This document shows, piece after piece, positions 1 through 9,133 of a stretch of DNA of 55,526 bases. The DNA is from a virus, in IMG/VR virus record IMGVR_UViG_3300022664_000329, positions 1-55,526 of that record; one strand, 5' to 3'. Under the pieces are notes generated by a model. That model saw only the letters and a list, made by a program, of their open reading frames with translations, was not told the origin of the DNA and did not search any database. The translations under genes were made by a program, and so were the position numbers. Every line of letters begins with the position of its first letter. The first letter of the stretch is position 1.

Positions 1-127
1 TGTACTGGATCCACCAGGAATGGCTCGACTGGTACATTCTCAAGGAAGGCGAAAAAAAGGGCAAATATAAGAACGTGGACCGTGTCCGCGGCAGCGAGAC
101 GCCATCGCCGTCCAATCCCTGGCTCAC
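1..127. repeat. Terminal overlap identical to 55400-55526; the contig closes into a circle of 55,399 bp unique sequence
   Basis: Direct comparison: the first and last 127 nt (tgtactggatccaccagg...ccaatccctggctcac) are identical. A 127-nt overlap is what a k=127 de Bruijn assembler leaves on circular contigs. Confidence 0.95.
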
Positions 128-1289
128 GCAGGAAGCCATCGCCCGGCGAAAAAAGATGATCTGGGAACGCGCCGCGTTCCGGCCGATGGTGCAGACGGCG
201 GAATTCTGGGGCACGATCCTTTCGCCCAGAGGAGAAATGCTTTTGCCGCACGGCCGCCTGACGTCCGCCGCCGGCTACGTGATCGAACCGCCGACCGCCG
301 ACATTCCCTACCGGACGCTGCGCTGGCCCGGCCTGGCGTTTTCGCCGATTCCCGATCTGCTCAAGTTCAACGGCCGCGGCCTATTGGAAGGCATCATGTC
401 ACTGTGGGAATCGATGTGCAATTTGATGTGCCTCCACAACGACAACATGCAGTGGATCGTCAATCCCATGACGGAAATCAATGTCGACGCCCTGGCCGAT
501 CCGACGGACACGGCCACCTGGCCCGGCAAGGAATTTCTGTCCCGCGATACGGTATCCGGACAGCAGGCGGTCCGGATCGTGCAGCGGCGCAGCACAACCA
601 ACGACATTCTGGCCAACATGCAGTACGCCGACCAGAATTTTCAGCGCGGCTCGTTCGTGACGGACGCGGTGCAGGGGCTCCCCGGATACCGCAAGGACAT
701 GACGTACCGCGAGGCGGCGATGAATCTCGACCAGGCGCTGGGCGTCTACAGTCTGATGGGAGAAAATATCGAGTCCGGCGCCATCCAGTTTGTCTCCGCC
801 GCCGCGGAAATTATCCGGGAATACGCCACGTACGAAGACTATCTGGAAGTCTTCACCGCAGAAGAACTCGCCGCGGCCGGCGTCCGGAAAAATCCGGATG
901 CCCCCAACGGCGTGGAAGGCGTGCCCGTCATCGACGGCACGTTCCACATTTCCGGAATCCAGACGCTCATGAAAGACAACGAAACCCTGACCAATCTCAA
1001 GCAGGTCATTTTGCCGCTGGCCGAGAAGCCCGCCTTTGCCAAGTATATCAATACGTACAAGGCGCTCAAAGCCATCGAGCTGCGCACGAACATGCAGGAT
1101 GAAGGCATCATCATCGATGACAAAACCGCCGCGGACCGCGATCGGCAGGAGCAGGAAGCGGCCCAAAAAGCCGCCCTTGCCGCGGACCGCGCGCAAGACA
1201 CAGACGAAGCGGCCAAGATTGCCAAGATCGTGCAGGCCGTAACCCCATCCGGCGGCGCGCCGCCGGCCGTAAAGGAGACGCCACAATGA
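3..1289 (+). CDS. Portal protein, C-terminal part; continues the ORF that starts at 54772 (about 638 aa once the circle is closed)
   Basis: The reading frame is continuous through the 127-nt overlap. The gene sits directly after terL and before the scaffold and capsid genes, and its size is typical of portals. No motif-level proof. Confidence 0.6.
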   Translation, partial: YWIHQEWLDWYILKEGEKKGKYKNVDRVRGSETPSPSNPWLTQEAIARRKKMIWERAAFRPMVQTAEFWGTILSPRGEMLLPHGRLTSAAGYVIEPPTADIPYRTLRWPGLAFSPIPDLLKFNGRGLLEGIMSLWESMCNLMCLHNDNMQWIVNPMTEINVDALADPTDTATWPGKEFLSRDTVSGQQAVRIVQRRSTTNDILANMQYADQNFQRGSFVTDAVQGLPGYRKDMTYREAAMNLDQALGVYSLMGENIESGAIQFVSAAAEIIREYATYEDYLEVFTAEELAAAGVRKNPDAPNGVEGVPVIDGTFHISGIQTLMKDNETLTNLKQVILPLAEKPAFAKYINTYKALKAIELRTNMQDEGIIIDDKTAADRDRQEQEAAQKAALAADRAQDTDEAAKIAKIVQAVTPSGGAPPAVKETPQ

Positions 1290-1639
1290 GCATGAGGGGA
1301 GCAGACATCGATATTCGCACCGGCCGCCCCCTGGAAGAAGCGGCCGCCGGCAGAAAAGCGGAAGAGCAGGCGCAAGAAGAAGCCATTTTAAAGGCCCAGG
1401 CCCAATGGCTGGGCATTTCCGAAAGCGCCGAGGGACAAAAACTGGTGGAACTGATCTGCCGCCGCCTGGAAGCCCGTCTCCGGACGCTTTTGCAAAACGA
1501 TCCGCAGGCGCAGGCGCTCATCGACCTTTTGTCCGACCTGGGCCTTAAGGACAACGCGGCGCACAGCGCCGTCGCCCAACTGGCGAGCATGAAAGTGGGC
1601 CGCGGAAAGCGCTTTGAGTGGAGATATGACGAAACGTAA
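1286..1639 (+). CDS. Hypothetical protein (117 aa) between portal and scaffold
   Basis: ATGA start/stop overlap with the portal gene suggests translational coupling. G/C-ending codon bias in this frame. Confidence 0.5.
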   Translation: MSMRGADIDIRTGRPLEEAAAGRKAEEQAQEEAILKAQAQWLGISESAEGQKLVELICRRLEARLRTLLQNDPQAQALIDLLSDLGLKDNAAHSAVAQLASMKVGRGKRFEWRYDET

Positions 1640-1668
1640 CGCGACGCCCGCCGATCCCGGGCGCCGCG

Positions 1669-1713
1669 GCAAGAGGGTCCTTCCGATCCGTCCCGGATAT
1701 GCGGCCCTCTTGC
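1669..1713 (+). promoter_or_regulatory. Nested stem-loop in the 158-nt gap upstream of the scaffold gene
   Basis: GCAAGAGGG (1669-1677) pairs with CCCTCTTGC (1705-1713). An inner ATCCG/CGGAT stem is present. No U-run follows. Confidence 0.3.
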
Positions 1714-1797
1714 ACACGACGGACACCGGCCGCAAGGCTGACAATAAACCGGCCCCTCCCGAAAAGAGGACCACGCCGGAACTAAAGGAGAGAGAGT

Positions 1798-2802
1798 ATG
1801 CCTAACACCAATCATTCCGCAGCAGACCACGCCGACGATCTGGATGCCATCATGCGGGAAGGGCTGGAACAGTTCGATATGCCGCAAGGCGACGAAGCAG
1901 CCGCACCCGCCCAGGCAGCCCCCGCCGGCCCTGCTGACGCAAGCGGCCGACCAGCCGATAAATCGCAACCTCCGGCAGGCGGTGATGACGACGACGATGC
2001 CGCCTCGTACCGGTTTAAAACGCATTCGGAAGCGGAAAAGGGGTATAAAAACCTCCAGTCCGAGCATACGCGCATCGCGCAGGAAAACGCCGAGCTCAAG
2101 CGCTCCCTGGAAGCGCGCGAGCGCGAAAAAACCGAAGCCGCCGCCCGCGAGCAGGCGGAAACGGAATTTCGCACATACGCCGCCGATCAGCGACTGGCCA
2201 TGCTCGACGAGATCGACGCGCTGAATCCCGACGACCCGGATTACAAGAAACAGGTCGCCGCGATCCAGGCCAAGACCGATCTGGCCATCTTCACCGCCCG
2301 CCAGAATGCCCCCCTGTCCGCCGCGCAGGCAAAGCCGCCGGTCAAACCCGGCGCGGCGCCGGCGACCGAGCCGGGAGCCGCGACCGCAGCGACGCCACAG
2401 GCCGCCGCCCCGGCCGCGGACAAAGACGCAGTTGTAGCCTACACCCGCGAAAAGATCACCGCGCCGGACATCGGCCTTGCCGCCGATGATCCGCTGTTCT
2501 GGACGTTTGCCCTGCGCGCTCCGAAAGAGGACGACTCCGGCAACACCCTGACGCTCGACGATCAGATTTCCTGGGCCGTAGAGCAAACCAAAAACTACCA
2601 CGCTTCAATCCGCACCGGCGCCGACCCGCAGCAGGCTCAGCAAAAAGCCGAAGCCGCCGCCCGCGAGCGCGCCGCCCGCGAGCAGCCCCTGGGACGCTCC
2701 GGCGCCGCCCGCCCGCCCGCCGAAGCCGCAGCAGGCGGCCAGCCGGCCTACGGCATCGCCGACGCGCTGGCGGATGTGCGCGAGATGAGGCGCATCACCT
2801 AA
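1798..2802 (+). CDS. Putative scaffolding protein (334 aa)
   Basis: Lies immediately upstream of the capsid gene. Ala/Glu/Pro/Gln-rich with coiled-coil-like stretches (EAEKGYKNLQSEHTRIAQENAELKRSLEAREREKTEAAAREQAE). SD aaaggagagagagt precedes the ATG. Confidence 0.5.
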   Translation: MPNTNHSAADHADDLDAIMREGLEQFDMPQGDEAAAPAQAAPAGPADASGRPADKSQPPAGGDDDDDAASYRFKTHSEAEKGYKNLQSEHTRIAQENAELKRSLEAREREKTEAAAREQAETEFRTYAADQRLAMLDEIDALNPDDPDYKKQVAAIQAKTDLAIFTARQNAPLSAAQAKPPVKPGAAPATEPGAATAATPQAAAPAADKDAVVAYTREKITAPDIGLAADDPLFWTFALRAPKEDDSGNTLTLDDQISWAVEQTKNYHASIRTGADPQQAQQKAEAAARERAAREQPLGRSGAARPPAEAAAGGQPAYGIADALADVREMRRIT

Positions 2803-2818
2803 AGAAAGGACCATACCC

Positions 2819-3778
2819 ATGACGTTCACCTGGACTTACGACGCCACCGACGGCGTTTATAAATCGCACGCTCTGTCCAAAGAGCTTTTGAAGCTGGCCG
2901 CGCTCCGGTTCCGCTTCGTTCAGTTCACCAAAAAAGTCAACGGCTACGGCCGGAGACAGGGCGAAACGGTCACGCTGCCCTACTACAAGCCCCTGCCGGA
3001 GCCGACGACCGCGCAGCTCGAAGAGCAGACCCGCATCCCCATCGACAAGCTGGAGATGGGAAAATACACCATCACCATCAAAGAATGGGGTCGCGGCGTT
3101 GAATTCACGTCTCTGGCGAAAGACCTGTCCGCGCTCGATCCGGAAGAAGGCGCGCAGCAGCGGCTCATCGAGCAGATGGACGGCTGCATGGACAGCGCCG
3201 CCGCCGACGCTTTCACGGGCGCCAATGCCAAGATTGCGTTTATTCCGACGTCGCTGACCGGCGGCGTGTTCGACACGGACGGCACGCCTTCGTCCACGGC
3301 CACCTCGCCGCTGACCAAAGACCACATGGCGTGTATCCGCGATTACATGGCCAACACGATTCACACGCCGTTTTTTGAAGGCGATCATTACGTCGGCCTC
3401 TTCTCCACCAAGGCGCTCCGCGGCCTCAAAAACGACCGCGTTCTCCAGGCCTTCAATATGTACCTCCAAAAGGGCGACATTCTGTACCGCAACGAGGTCG
3501 GCCTGGTGGAAAACATCCGCTGCGTGGAAGTCAACCACGAGCGCGCCCTTTCCGACGGCGTCGGCACCAATTCCGTGCTCGGCGAAGGCGTCGTGTTCGG
3601 CGAGGCCGCCGTCGGGCGGCTGGAAATCGAATATCCGCACCTGCGCGCGGATATGAATTACAAGTCCGATTTCGGCCGCAAAAAAGCCGTGGCCTGGTAC
3701 GGGACCGTCGCGTTTGACGTGCTGTTCCAGAGCGCCACCGACCGCGAAGCCCGGATCATCAAGATCACGAGCGCGTAG
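2819..3778 (+). CDS. Major capsid protein (319 aa)
   Basis: Position after portal and scaffold. Size and sequence character are consistent with an HK97-fold coat protein. A very strong hairpin follows the gene. Family not verified. Confidence 0.65.
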   Translation: MTFTWTYDATDGVYKSHALSKELLKLAALRFRFVQFTKKVNGYGRRQGETVTLPYYKPLPEPTTAQLEEQTRIPIDKLEMGKYTITIKEWGRGVEFTSLAKDLSALDPEEGAQQRLIEQMDGCMDSAAADAFTGANAKIAFIPTSLTGGVFDTDGTPSSTATSPLTKDHMACIRDYMANTIHTPFFEGDHYVGLFSTKALRGLKNDRVLQAFNMYLQKGDILYRNEVGLVENIRCVEVNHERALSDGVGTNSVLGEGVVFGEAAVGRLEIEYPHLRADMNYKSDFGRKKAVAWYGTVAFDVLFQSATDREARIIKITSA

Positions 3779-3807
3779 CAGACAACAAGGTTCAAGGACC
3801 ACAACAC

Positions 3808-3833
3808 GCCTTCCTCCCGCCAGGGAGGAAGGC
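3808..3833 (+). terminator. Perfect 11-bp stem hairpin just downstream of the capsid gene (attenuator or RNA-stabilising element; no U-run)
   Basis: gccttcctccc-gcca-gggaggaaggc, read directly. Confidence 0.4.
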
Positions 3834-3855
3834 ACAGAGAAAGGAGCTTACAACT

Positions 3856-4314
3856 ATGTTACAGCAAGGAATCATGGCGCTCCCCTACGACGCCTATATC
3901 GATTACGACGACACGCTGGGTGTCGATCTGGACCAGGCCGCCGCAGACGTGGGATTTTTCAAAATTCCCATGAAGTGCGAGGTCATTGAAGCAGGCGGCA
4001 TCGTGACGGAAACGTGCGGCGGCGCCACCGGAAAGCCGGAGTTCGATTTCGATCTGCGTCCCGTCGCCGGCTCCGACGCGAACCGCGAAGCCGGCGCCAT
4101 CGGCCACCTGGTGCTCGGCGCCACGGCCGCCGGAAAAGTCATGTTCGACAAGGTCGCCCGCGGCACGATCCTCGAACCCGGGCAGGAGATCGTCGCCCAG
4201 GTGCAGACGCGACCGACCGGCGACGGCGCCGCCGGTCACCTGCGACCCTACGTGCTTGTCAAACCGCTCGACGAGGTCAAGGGCAATCTGGCCAACATGA
4301 TCGAGACGACCTAA
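3856..4314 (+). CDS. Hypothetical virion-module protein (152 aa)
   Basis: SD aaaggag lies 9 nt upstream of the ATG. Located in the head module. Confidence 0.5.
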   Translation: MLQQGIMALPYDAYIDYDDTLGVDLDQAAADVGFFKIPMKCEVIEAGGIVTETCGGATGKPEFDFDLRPVAGSDANREAGAIGHLVLGATAAGKVMFDKVARGTILEPGQEIVAQVQTRPTGDGAAGHLRPYVLVKPLDEVKGNLANMIETT

Positions 4315-4386
4315 ACGCCGCCCGCGGCCTCCGGCGCTCCGCACACGGGACACCGGAGATAACGTACCAGTGAAAGGAGTTTTACT

Positions 4387-4857
4387 ATGGCAGTAATAGC
4401 CGCAGCCAATGTCGCCGTCAGTCTCCCGGCGCGCAGCCGTGATCTCGGCGGCATCTCCGCCGTGAAAGAGATCAGCCTCGCGACGATTACTTTCGGCAAT
4501 GGAACGCTGACCTATCCCACCGGCGGCGTCCCCCTGCCCGCGATCGGGCAGTTCGGCTTCAAAAAAGCCATCGACGCCGTGTTTGTCGCGCAGCCGCCCG
4601 GAAACGGCTTTGTCTATAAGTACGACCAGGCCAACCACAAGATGAAGATTTTCACGCAGGGGGCCGTTACCGGCTCCACCGCCGCCGCTGACGCGACGTC
4701 CGGCGCCAAGGCGGAAAACTCCGCCGGTGCGGAAACCAACGTGCGCCTGATGGGCACGGCCGTCGACACCACGTACGACCTGGGTCCGCTCATCGAGCTG
4801 CCCAATACCATCGCGCCGGCGGAAGTCTCGATTCCGCTCCTCATGATCGGAGAATAA
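4387..4857 (+). CDS. Hypothetical virion-module protein (156 aa), possibly a decoration or structural protein
   Basis: SD aaaggag upstream. Gly/Ala/Thr-rich, beta-rich sequence character. Located in the head module. Confidence 0.5.
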   Translation: MAVIAAANVAVSLPARSRDLGGISAVKEISLATITFGNGTLTYPTGGVPLPAIGQFGFKKAIDAVFVAQPPGNGFVYKYDQANHKMKIFTQGAVTGSTAAADATSGAKAENSAGAETNVRLMGTAVDTTYDLGPLIELPNTIAPAEVSIPLLMIGE

Positions 4858-4868
4858 CCCTCAAACCT

Positions 4869-4894
4869 CCGGGCGGGGCGCAGGCTCCGCCCGG
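4869..4894 (+). terminator. GC-rich hairpin after the 156-aa gene (no U-run)
   Basis: ccgggcgg (4869-4876) pairs with ccgcccgg (4887-4894). Confidence 0.3.
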
Positions 4895-4915
4895 ACAAAA
4901 ACGAAAGGATTGAAC

Positions 4916-5437
4916 ATGCCGCAAGTTCTATACGTCAAGTCGAAGGACGAGCAGACCACCACGGCGGTGAAAGTGCTGCGCTCCTGGGCCGAAGCCTCCG
5001 GCCGCGTCATCTTTCTGCACGCGAACGGCGTTTACGGCGACAAGTCCGGCGCGCCCGTGCGCGATCTGGCCGATCTGCAAATCCTTCCCCCGGCCCACCG
5101 CAAACACGCCGAAGCGTGGTGGGAACGCGCCGGACGGAAACTGTCCGAGGAATATTACGCCCGGATTGCGGCCCGCGAAGCGGCCCGCGCCGGAGATTAC
5201 CAGCAGGAACTGGCGCAGGCGGACGCCAACACGGCGCTGGACAGCATTCTGTATTCCCGCCGCCCGATCGTGAAGGGCAAGCCCGCGACCGCCGTTACGG
5301 CGCCGCAGGCCTGGATGGAATTCGGTTTTGCCGCGCGTCCCGACTGGTGGGGCCAGGCCCGAACCATCGCGTTTGCCGATTTCGAATACATCATGCACGA
5401 CGACACCCCCGCCGCCGAGGGTAAGGCGGAGAAGTAA
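4916..5437 (+). CDS. Hypothetical protein (173 aa from the ATG at 4916; the ORF track starts at a TTG at 4910)
   Basis: aaagga SD lies 6-7 nt before the ATG at 4916. Confidence 0.5.
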   Translation: MPQVLYVKSKDEQTTTAVKVLRSWAEASGRVIFLHANGVYGDKSGAPVRDLADLQILPPAHRKHAEAWWERAGRKLSEEYYARIAAREAARAGDYQQELAQADANTALDSILYSRRPIVKGKPATAVTAPQAWMEFGFAARPDWWGQARTIAFADFEYIMHDDTPAAEGKAEK

Positions 5438-5454
5438 ATATAACAGGGTAAACC

Positions 5455-7869
5455 ATGAGTTTTTTGACCGGCTGGACATACCGGAGGTATTTCACCGTTG
5501 TACGAGACGCCGGTGTAGAAGCAGAAACAAATTATCCTGTGCCAATCCGCGTTGGCGAATCGTCCGGAGCGTCCGATTTTGACCTGCATTGCGTCGGGAA
5601 ATGCAAGAGCGATTTTTCGGACCTGCGCTTCACTACCGCCGACGGCGATACGACGATGCCGCTTTGGATCGAGTCCATATCCGGCACGAGCCCAAATCAA
5701 ACCGCCATCATCTGGGTCAAATATCCTTCCGTCGGCGAAAATTCCACAACGGCGTATCTCTATTACGGCAACCCGGAGGCGGAAGGCGTCAGCGACGGAG
5801 CGGAAGTGTTTCAGTTTTTCAGTGATTTTTCGGCCGCGCCGCTCGATACATCGCAATGGACCGCGACACTAGAGGGAAACGGCACGGCCGCAGTGTCCGG
5901 CGGCGTCCTGAGGCTGAATTGCCCGGACGGCGCGACAAACCGCGCCAAGGTGACCAGTACTACAGAGTTTTCATACAACACGGCAATCCGCTTCCGAATG
6001 CGCTACAAAAAATTCGGAGCATCAAAAGCCAATCTCCGGATCGGCTATTTAAAAGACAGCCCGGCAGTTAACAGACTCCATTTTTATTCCAACGAAAATT
6101 CTAGAAGCGTCATCGCCTGGTCATCATACAAAAATGGTGCAGGGTCGCTCACGAATGACAATCCTTTCACGTCTGACGTCTTTGCCATTGTGGATATGAT
6201 CCGCAGTTCCTCAAAATCCGTGTATAAATTTAACGGCACGGTCAAGGCGACGCACACGACGAACGTGCCCGACGGCACATTGCCGATCGTGTTCGACTCA
6301 GACAACGATCAATCCGGAGCTGCGTGGTACATAGAATTGGATTGGCTCGCCGTCCGAAAGTATGCCGACGGCGAACCTCTGTTTGGCGACTGGGGCCGCG
6401 AGGAAGAAAATGGCGTTACCTACAATTCCTGTTGGACAATCGAAGGCTTACCACATACCGGCGAGGTCATCACGGTCGGCCCCAGCGGACGTGACTTCGT
6501 GCACCCGCAAGACGCCTATGCTGCCGCCAGCACGGGGGCACTTCTGCTGGTCTATCCGGGAACGTATGATCTAAAATTCGCCGGTGATCCAGACTGGATA
6601 TTCAAGACATGGAACAAGCGCGTCTACATCCGCGGCCTGGGAGACAACGCGGATGACACCATTTTCATCAACAGCGTTAATTTTTCATCCGGATCGTTTT
6701 TGTTTTGCTTTGCTGTCGTAGAAAATATTACCGTCATACACAACTCCAACAGGCCATGGTCAACTACCGTTGGTTTTGCGCATTCTTTCGCCGCGACGAT
6801 ATTTTCCAAGTGCCATCTCGCCGTCAGCGGCGTTTATGAAAATCAATATGTTTTACTAAGTCTATGGGTCACGACGCATGACGGTTATGTCAAGTTTCGC
6901 TTCTGCAAACTCACACGAGGAAATTATCGTCACTTCTCCGGACAGGATAGTAACACTTATGCCTTAGATTTATCCAAAATTTACCTGGATAAATGCGAAA
7001 CCAACGGCGCGCTGCTGCTGCAATATTACAAAAATGCGTTGGCGCTGGCAGATTATGTAACATCGCCCGCCGCCGGATATGGTTATGATGCTGGTGATTT
7101 TATCATTATGCCCTGCATTCTTCAGGTCTCCACTCAGGCCCCGTCGAATATAACCAGCATTTCCTTTCAGGCCAACGGCACGATAGACGATGAAGGGCTC
7201 CTCCCGGTCACACGCCGCGGTTTTTGCTATATGCCGGGCACATCCGGAGAACCGACGATTGCCGATAGCGTTGTCGACGAAACCGGAGATTTCGATCCCG
7301 GCTCGTTTTCCCTGCCTGTCTCCGAATTAACCAGAGACGTCAATTACCGCGTCCGGGCATTCGTAGAAAATACCGACGGAATCATCTACGGCGCGCCGAC
7401 ATTTACAGTCACAACACTCAAAAGTTCCCCCACCGTCGCCACCGGAAAACCGGTTGACGTTCTTTCCATGTCCGCCACATTTTCCGGCACGCTTCTGGAC
7501 ACGGGCGGGCAGGACGCTTTCCGGCGGGGCTTCTGCTACGTTCAAGCCGCCCTGGCCGAGCCGACGGTAGCCGACACGGTCGCGGCTCTGACCGGCACTT
7601 TCGGCGCCGGCGGGTTTTCTCAGCGGGTTTCCGGCCTGGCCCAGGGGAAGCCTTACCGCGTCCGGGCGTTTGCCGAAAATACGCTCGGCGTCGGATACGG
7701 AGCGACGCAATCCTTCACCACGCAGGACCCGTCGCCGTCAGACGCCATCCGGCTTTGCCGGGTGTGCGAAGCCATGTTCATGGAAGACCCGGCTTTGACG
7801 ATCGGAGAAGTCAGCTGCCCGCAGTGCGGCTCCAAAATGGACGAAGGGCAGCAAAAAGCGAAACGCTAA
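5455..7869 (+). CDS. Tail fibre / receptor-binding protein (804 aa): N-terminal DUF2341/LamG-like region, central beta-helix-like region, two tandem ~70-aa repeats, C-terminal Cys4 zinc ribbon
   Basis: The N-terminus (WTYRRYFTV...YPVPIRV...DLRFTTADG...LWIE...IWVKYPS...YLYYGNP) matches the DUF2341 pattern as I recall it. Two repeats share RRGFCY...EPT[IV]AD...YRVRAF[VA]EN...GYGA. The C-terminus reads CRVCEAMF...CPQCGSKM. Confidence 0.6.
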   Translation: MSFLTGWTYRRYFTVVRDAGVEAETNYPVPIRVGESSGASDFDLHCVGKCKSDFSDLRFTTADGDTTMPLWIESISGTSPNQTAIIWVKYPSVGENSTTAYLYYGNPEAEGVSDGAEVFQFFSDFSAAPLDTSQWTATLEGNGTAAVSGGVLRLNCPDGATNRAKVTSTTEFSYNTAIRFRMRYKKFGASKANLRIGYLKDSPAVNRLHFYSNENSRSVIAWSSYKNGAGSLTNDNPFTSDVFAIVDMIRSSSKSVYKFNGTVKATHTTNVPDGTLPIVFDSDNDQSGAAWYIELDWLAVRKYADGEPLFGDWGREEENGVTYNSCWTIEGLPHTGEVITVGPSGRDFVHPQDAYAAASTGALLLVYPGTYDLKFAGDPDWIFKTWNKRVYIRGLGDNADDTIFINSVNFSSGSFLFCFAVVENITVIHNSNRPWSTTVGFAHSFAATIFSKCHLAVSGVYENQYVLLSLWVTTHDGYVKFRFCKLTRGNYRHFSGQDSNTYALDLSKIYLDKCETNGALLLQYYKNALALADYVTSPAAGYGYDAGDFIIMPCILQVSTQAPSNITSISFQANGTIDDEGLLPVTRRGFCYMPGTSGEPTIADSVVDETGDFDPGSFSLPVSELTRDVNYRVRAFVENTDGIIYGAPTFTVTTLKSSPTVATGKPVDVLSMSATFSGTLLDTGGQDAFRRGFCYVQAALAEPTVADTVAALTGTFGAGGFSQRVSGLAQGKPYRVRAFAENTLGVGYGATQSFTTQDPSPSDAIRLCRVCEAMFMEDPALTIGEVSCPQCGSKMDEGQQKAKR

Positions 7870-7895
7870 ACTTTAAAAAGAAGGAGGACTTTATT

Positions 7896-8207
7896 ATGAA
7901 AGGAATAGCCCCCAGAGACCAATCGGCAGATTCGTACGAAAAACATTCGGAAATCAACTTTCGTTTCGGACCGAAAAGCAAGGTCAAACCCACAGGCGTC
8001 GAAGCGCTGGCGCCCAATGCCGACGTCACGGTCGTCTTGAAAGGCAAGATTACAAGTTTTTCGAGCGGCGAGACCTGGGACAAGAGCGTGCGCTTTGCGC
8101 TCGACATGCAGTCGTGCAGCATTATGCTGCCCCCCAACCGCCGCGCTGAAAACGCGCTGGACGACGCGCTGAACGAAGCCAAAAAGACGCTTAAGAAGGT
8201 GAAATAA
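7896..8207 (+). CDS. Hypothetical protein (103 aa)
   Basis: Strong SD aagaaggagga precedes the ATG at 7896, which lies inside the longer ORF-track entry 7755-8207. Confidence 0.5.
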   Translation: MKGIAPRDQSADSYEKHSEINFRFGPKSKVKPTGVEALAPNADVTVVLKGKITSFSSGETWDKSVRFALDMQSCSIMLPPNRRAENALDDALNEAKKTLKKVK

Positions 8208-9133
8208 TGAACGGGTCGATGCTCAGACGGTGGTTTTACCACTTCCTCGATACAACCGAAGCCAACACGGATTACGCGCCGCTTTTAAAGGCGTACGACT
8301 GCCTGGACATGGCCGCCAGCATCTTTGTCCGCGAAACCCGCGTGCTGCATGATGCGGTCGAGCTCGTCAGCGAAGCCGGACGCCAGAATTACGCGCTCCC
8401 GCCCGATTTTCTCGATCTGTACATCCAAAACCACCGCGGCCGCTTCTGCATCCGCTACGACGACGGCGAAAATCTCAGCACGCCGTTTTGTGTGACGTAC
8501 GAGGAAATCTTTCTGGCGGCGCTCGCCGACGCGCAGGAATCCCCCGATACGTTCGCGATTTCGGAGATCGGTCCGTCGGGCATTCCCGCCGCCGTATCCG
8601 GCACGGTAACGGCGACCACGGCCGCATCCGGCGGCCGGTCGATCCTGACGGATACGGCCAAGGATTTTTCGACGCTCGGCATTTTTCCGCGGGATACCGT
8701 CCGCAACGCCGCCTCCGGAGCGCTCGGCCTGGTGCTGGAGGTGATCGATGCCACACACCTGGCCGTGGCGATTTTTACGGCGGATGGGGCTCCGGCGGGC
8801 TGGACGAGCGGCGATGCCTATACGATCCAGTCGGCGACCAAACATGCTCTGGTGCTCCCCGCGCCCTCCGCCGTATCCGGACACACGCTGACGGTGCCGT
8901 ATATCTGCATGCCCCGGCCGGTGTACACGGACGACGGCGTCTGGCCCCTGTCGTCGCGTTCCTGCGAGGCGATCGCGGCGGGCGCGGCGGCGCTTTTCAA
9001 ACTGCCCAAGACGGAATTTGTCGAATCGCAGGCGCTGGGCGGACTCTTCAATGAGGAAATCCGCCGGCTCAAGATCGAACGCGGACAGCAAACGCTCAAA
9101 CAGGGACACCGGCGCCGGGAAAGGCTTTTGTAA
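8207..9133 (+). CDS. Hypothetical virion protein in the position of a T7 gp11-like tail adaptor (308 aa)
   Basis: TAATG overlap with the upstream gene. The call rests on synteny only. Confidence 0.4.
   Translation: MNGSMLRRWFYHFLDTTEANTDYAPLLKAYDCLDMAASIFVRETRVLHDAVELVSEAGRQNYALPPDFLDLYIQNHRGRFCIRYDDGENLSTPFCVTYEEIFLAALADAQESPDTFAISEIGPSGIPAAVSGTVTATTAASGGRSILTDTAKDFSTLGIFPRDTVRNAASGALGLVLEVIDATHLAVAIFTADGAPAGWTSGDAYTIQSATKHALVLPAPSAVSGHTLTVPYICMPRPVYTDDGVWPLSSRSCEAIAAGAAALFKLPKTEFVESQALGGLFNEEIRRLKIERGQQTLKQGHRRRERLL

Noticed and set aside
1111-2601. 496-aa minus-strand ORF, and many other long antisense or alternative-frame ORFs in the track (e.g. 2795-3835, 9362-10201, 18030-19295, 26355-28022, 31782-33623, 34902-36095, 40058-40894)
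   Set aside because: They lie opposite or out of frame to genes with clear motifs. Their translations are Arg/Gly/Pro/Ala-rich and lack SD sequences. This is the typical shadow-ORF pattern of GC-rich, G/C-ending codon usage.
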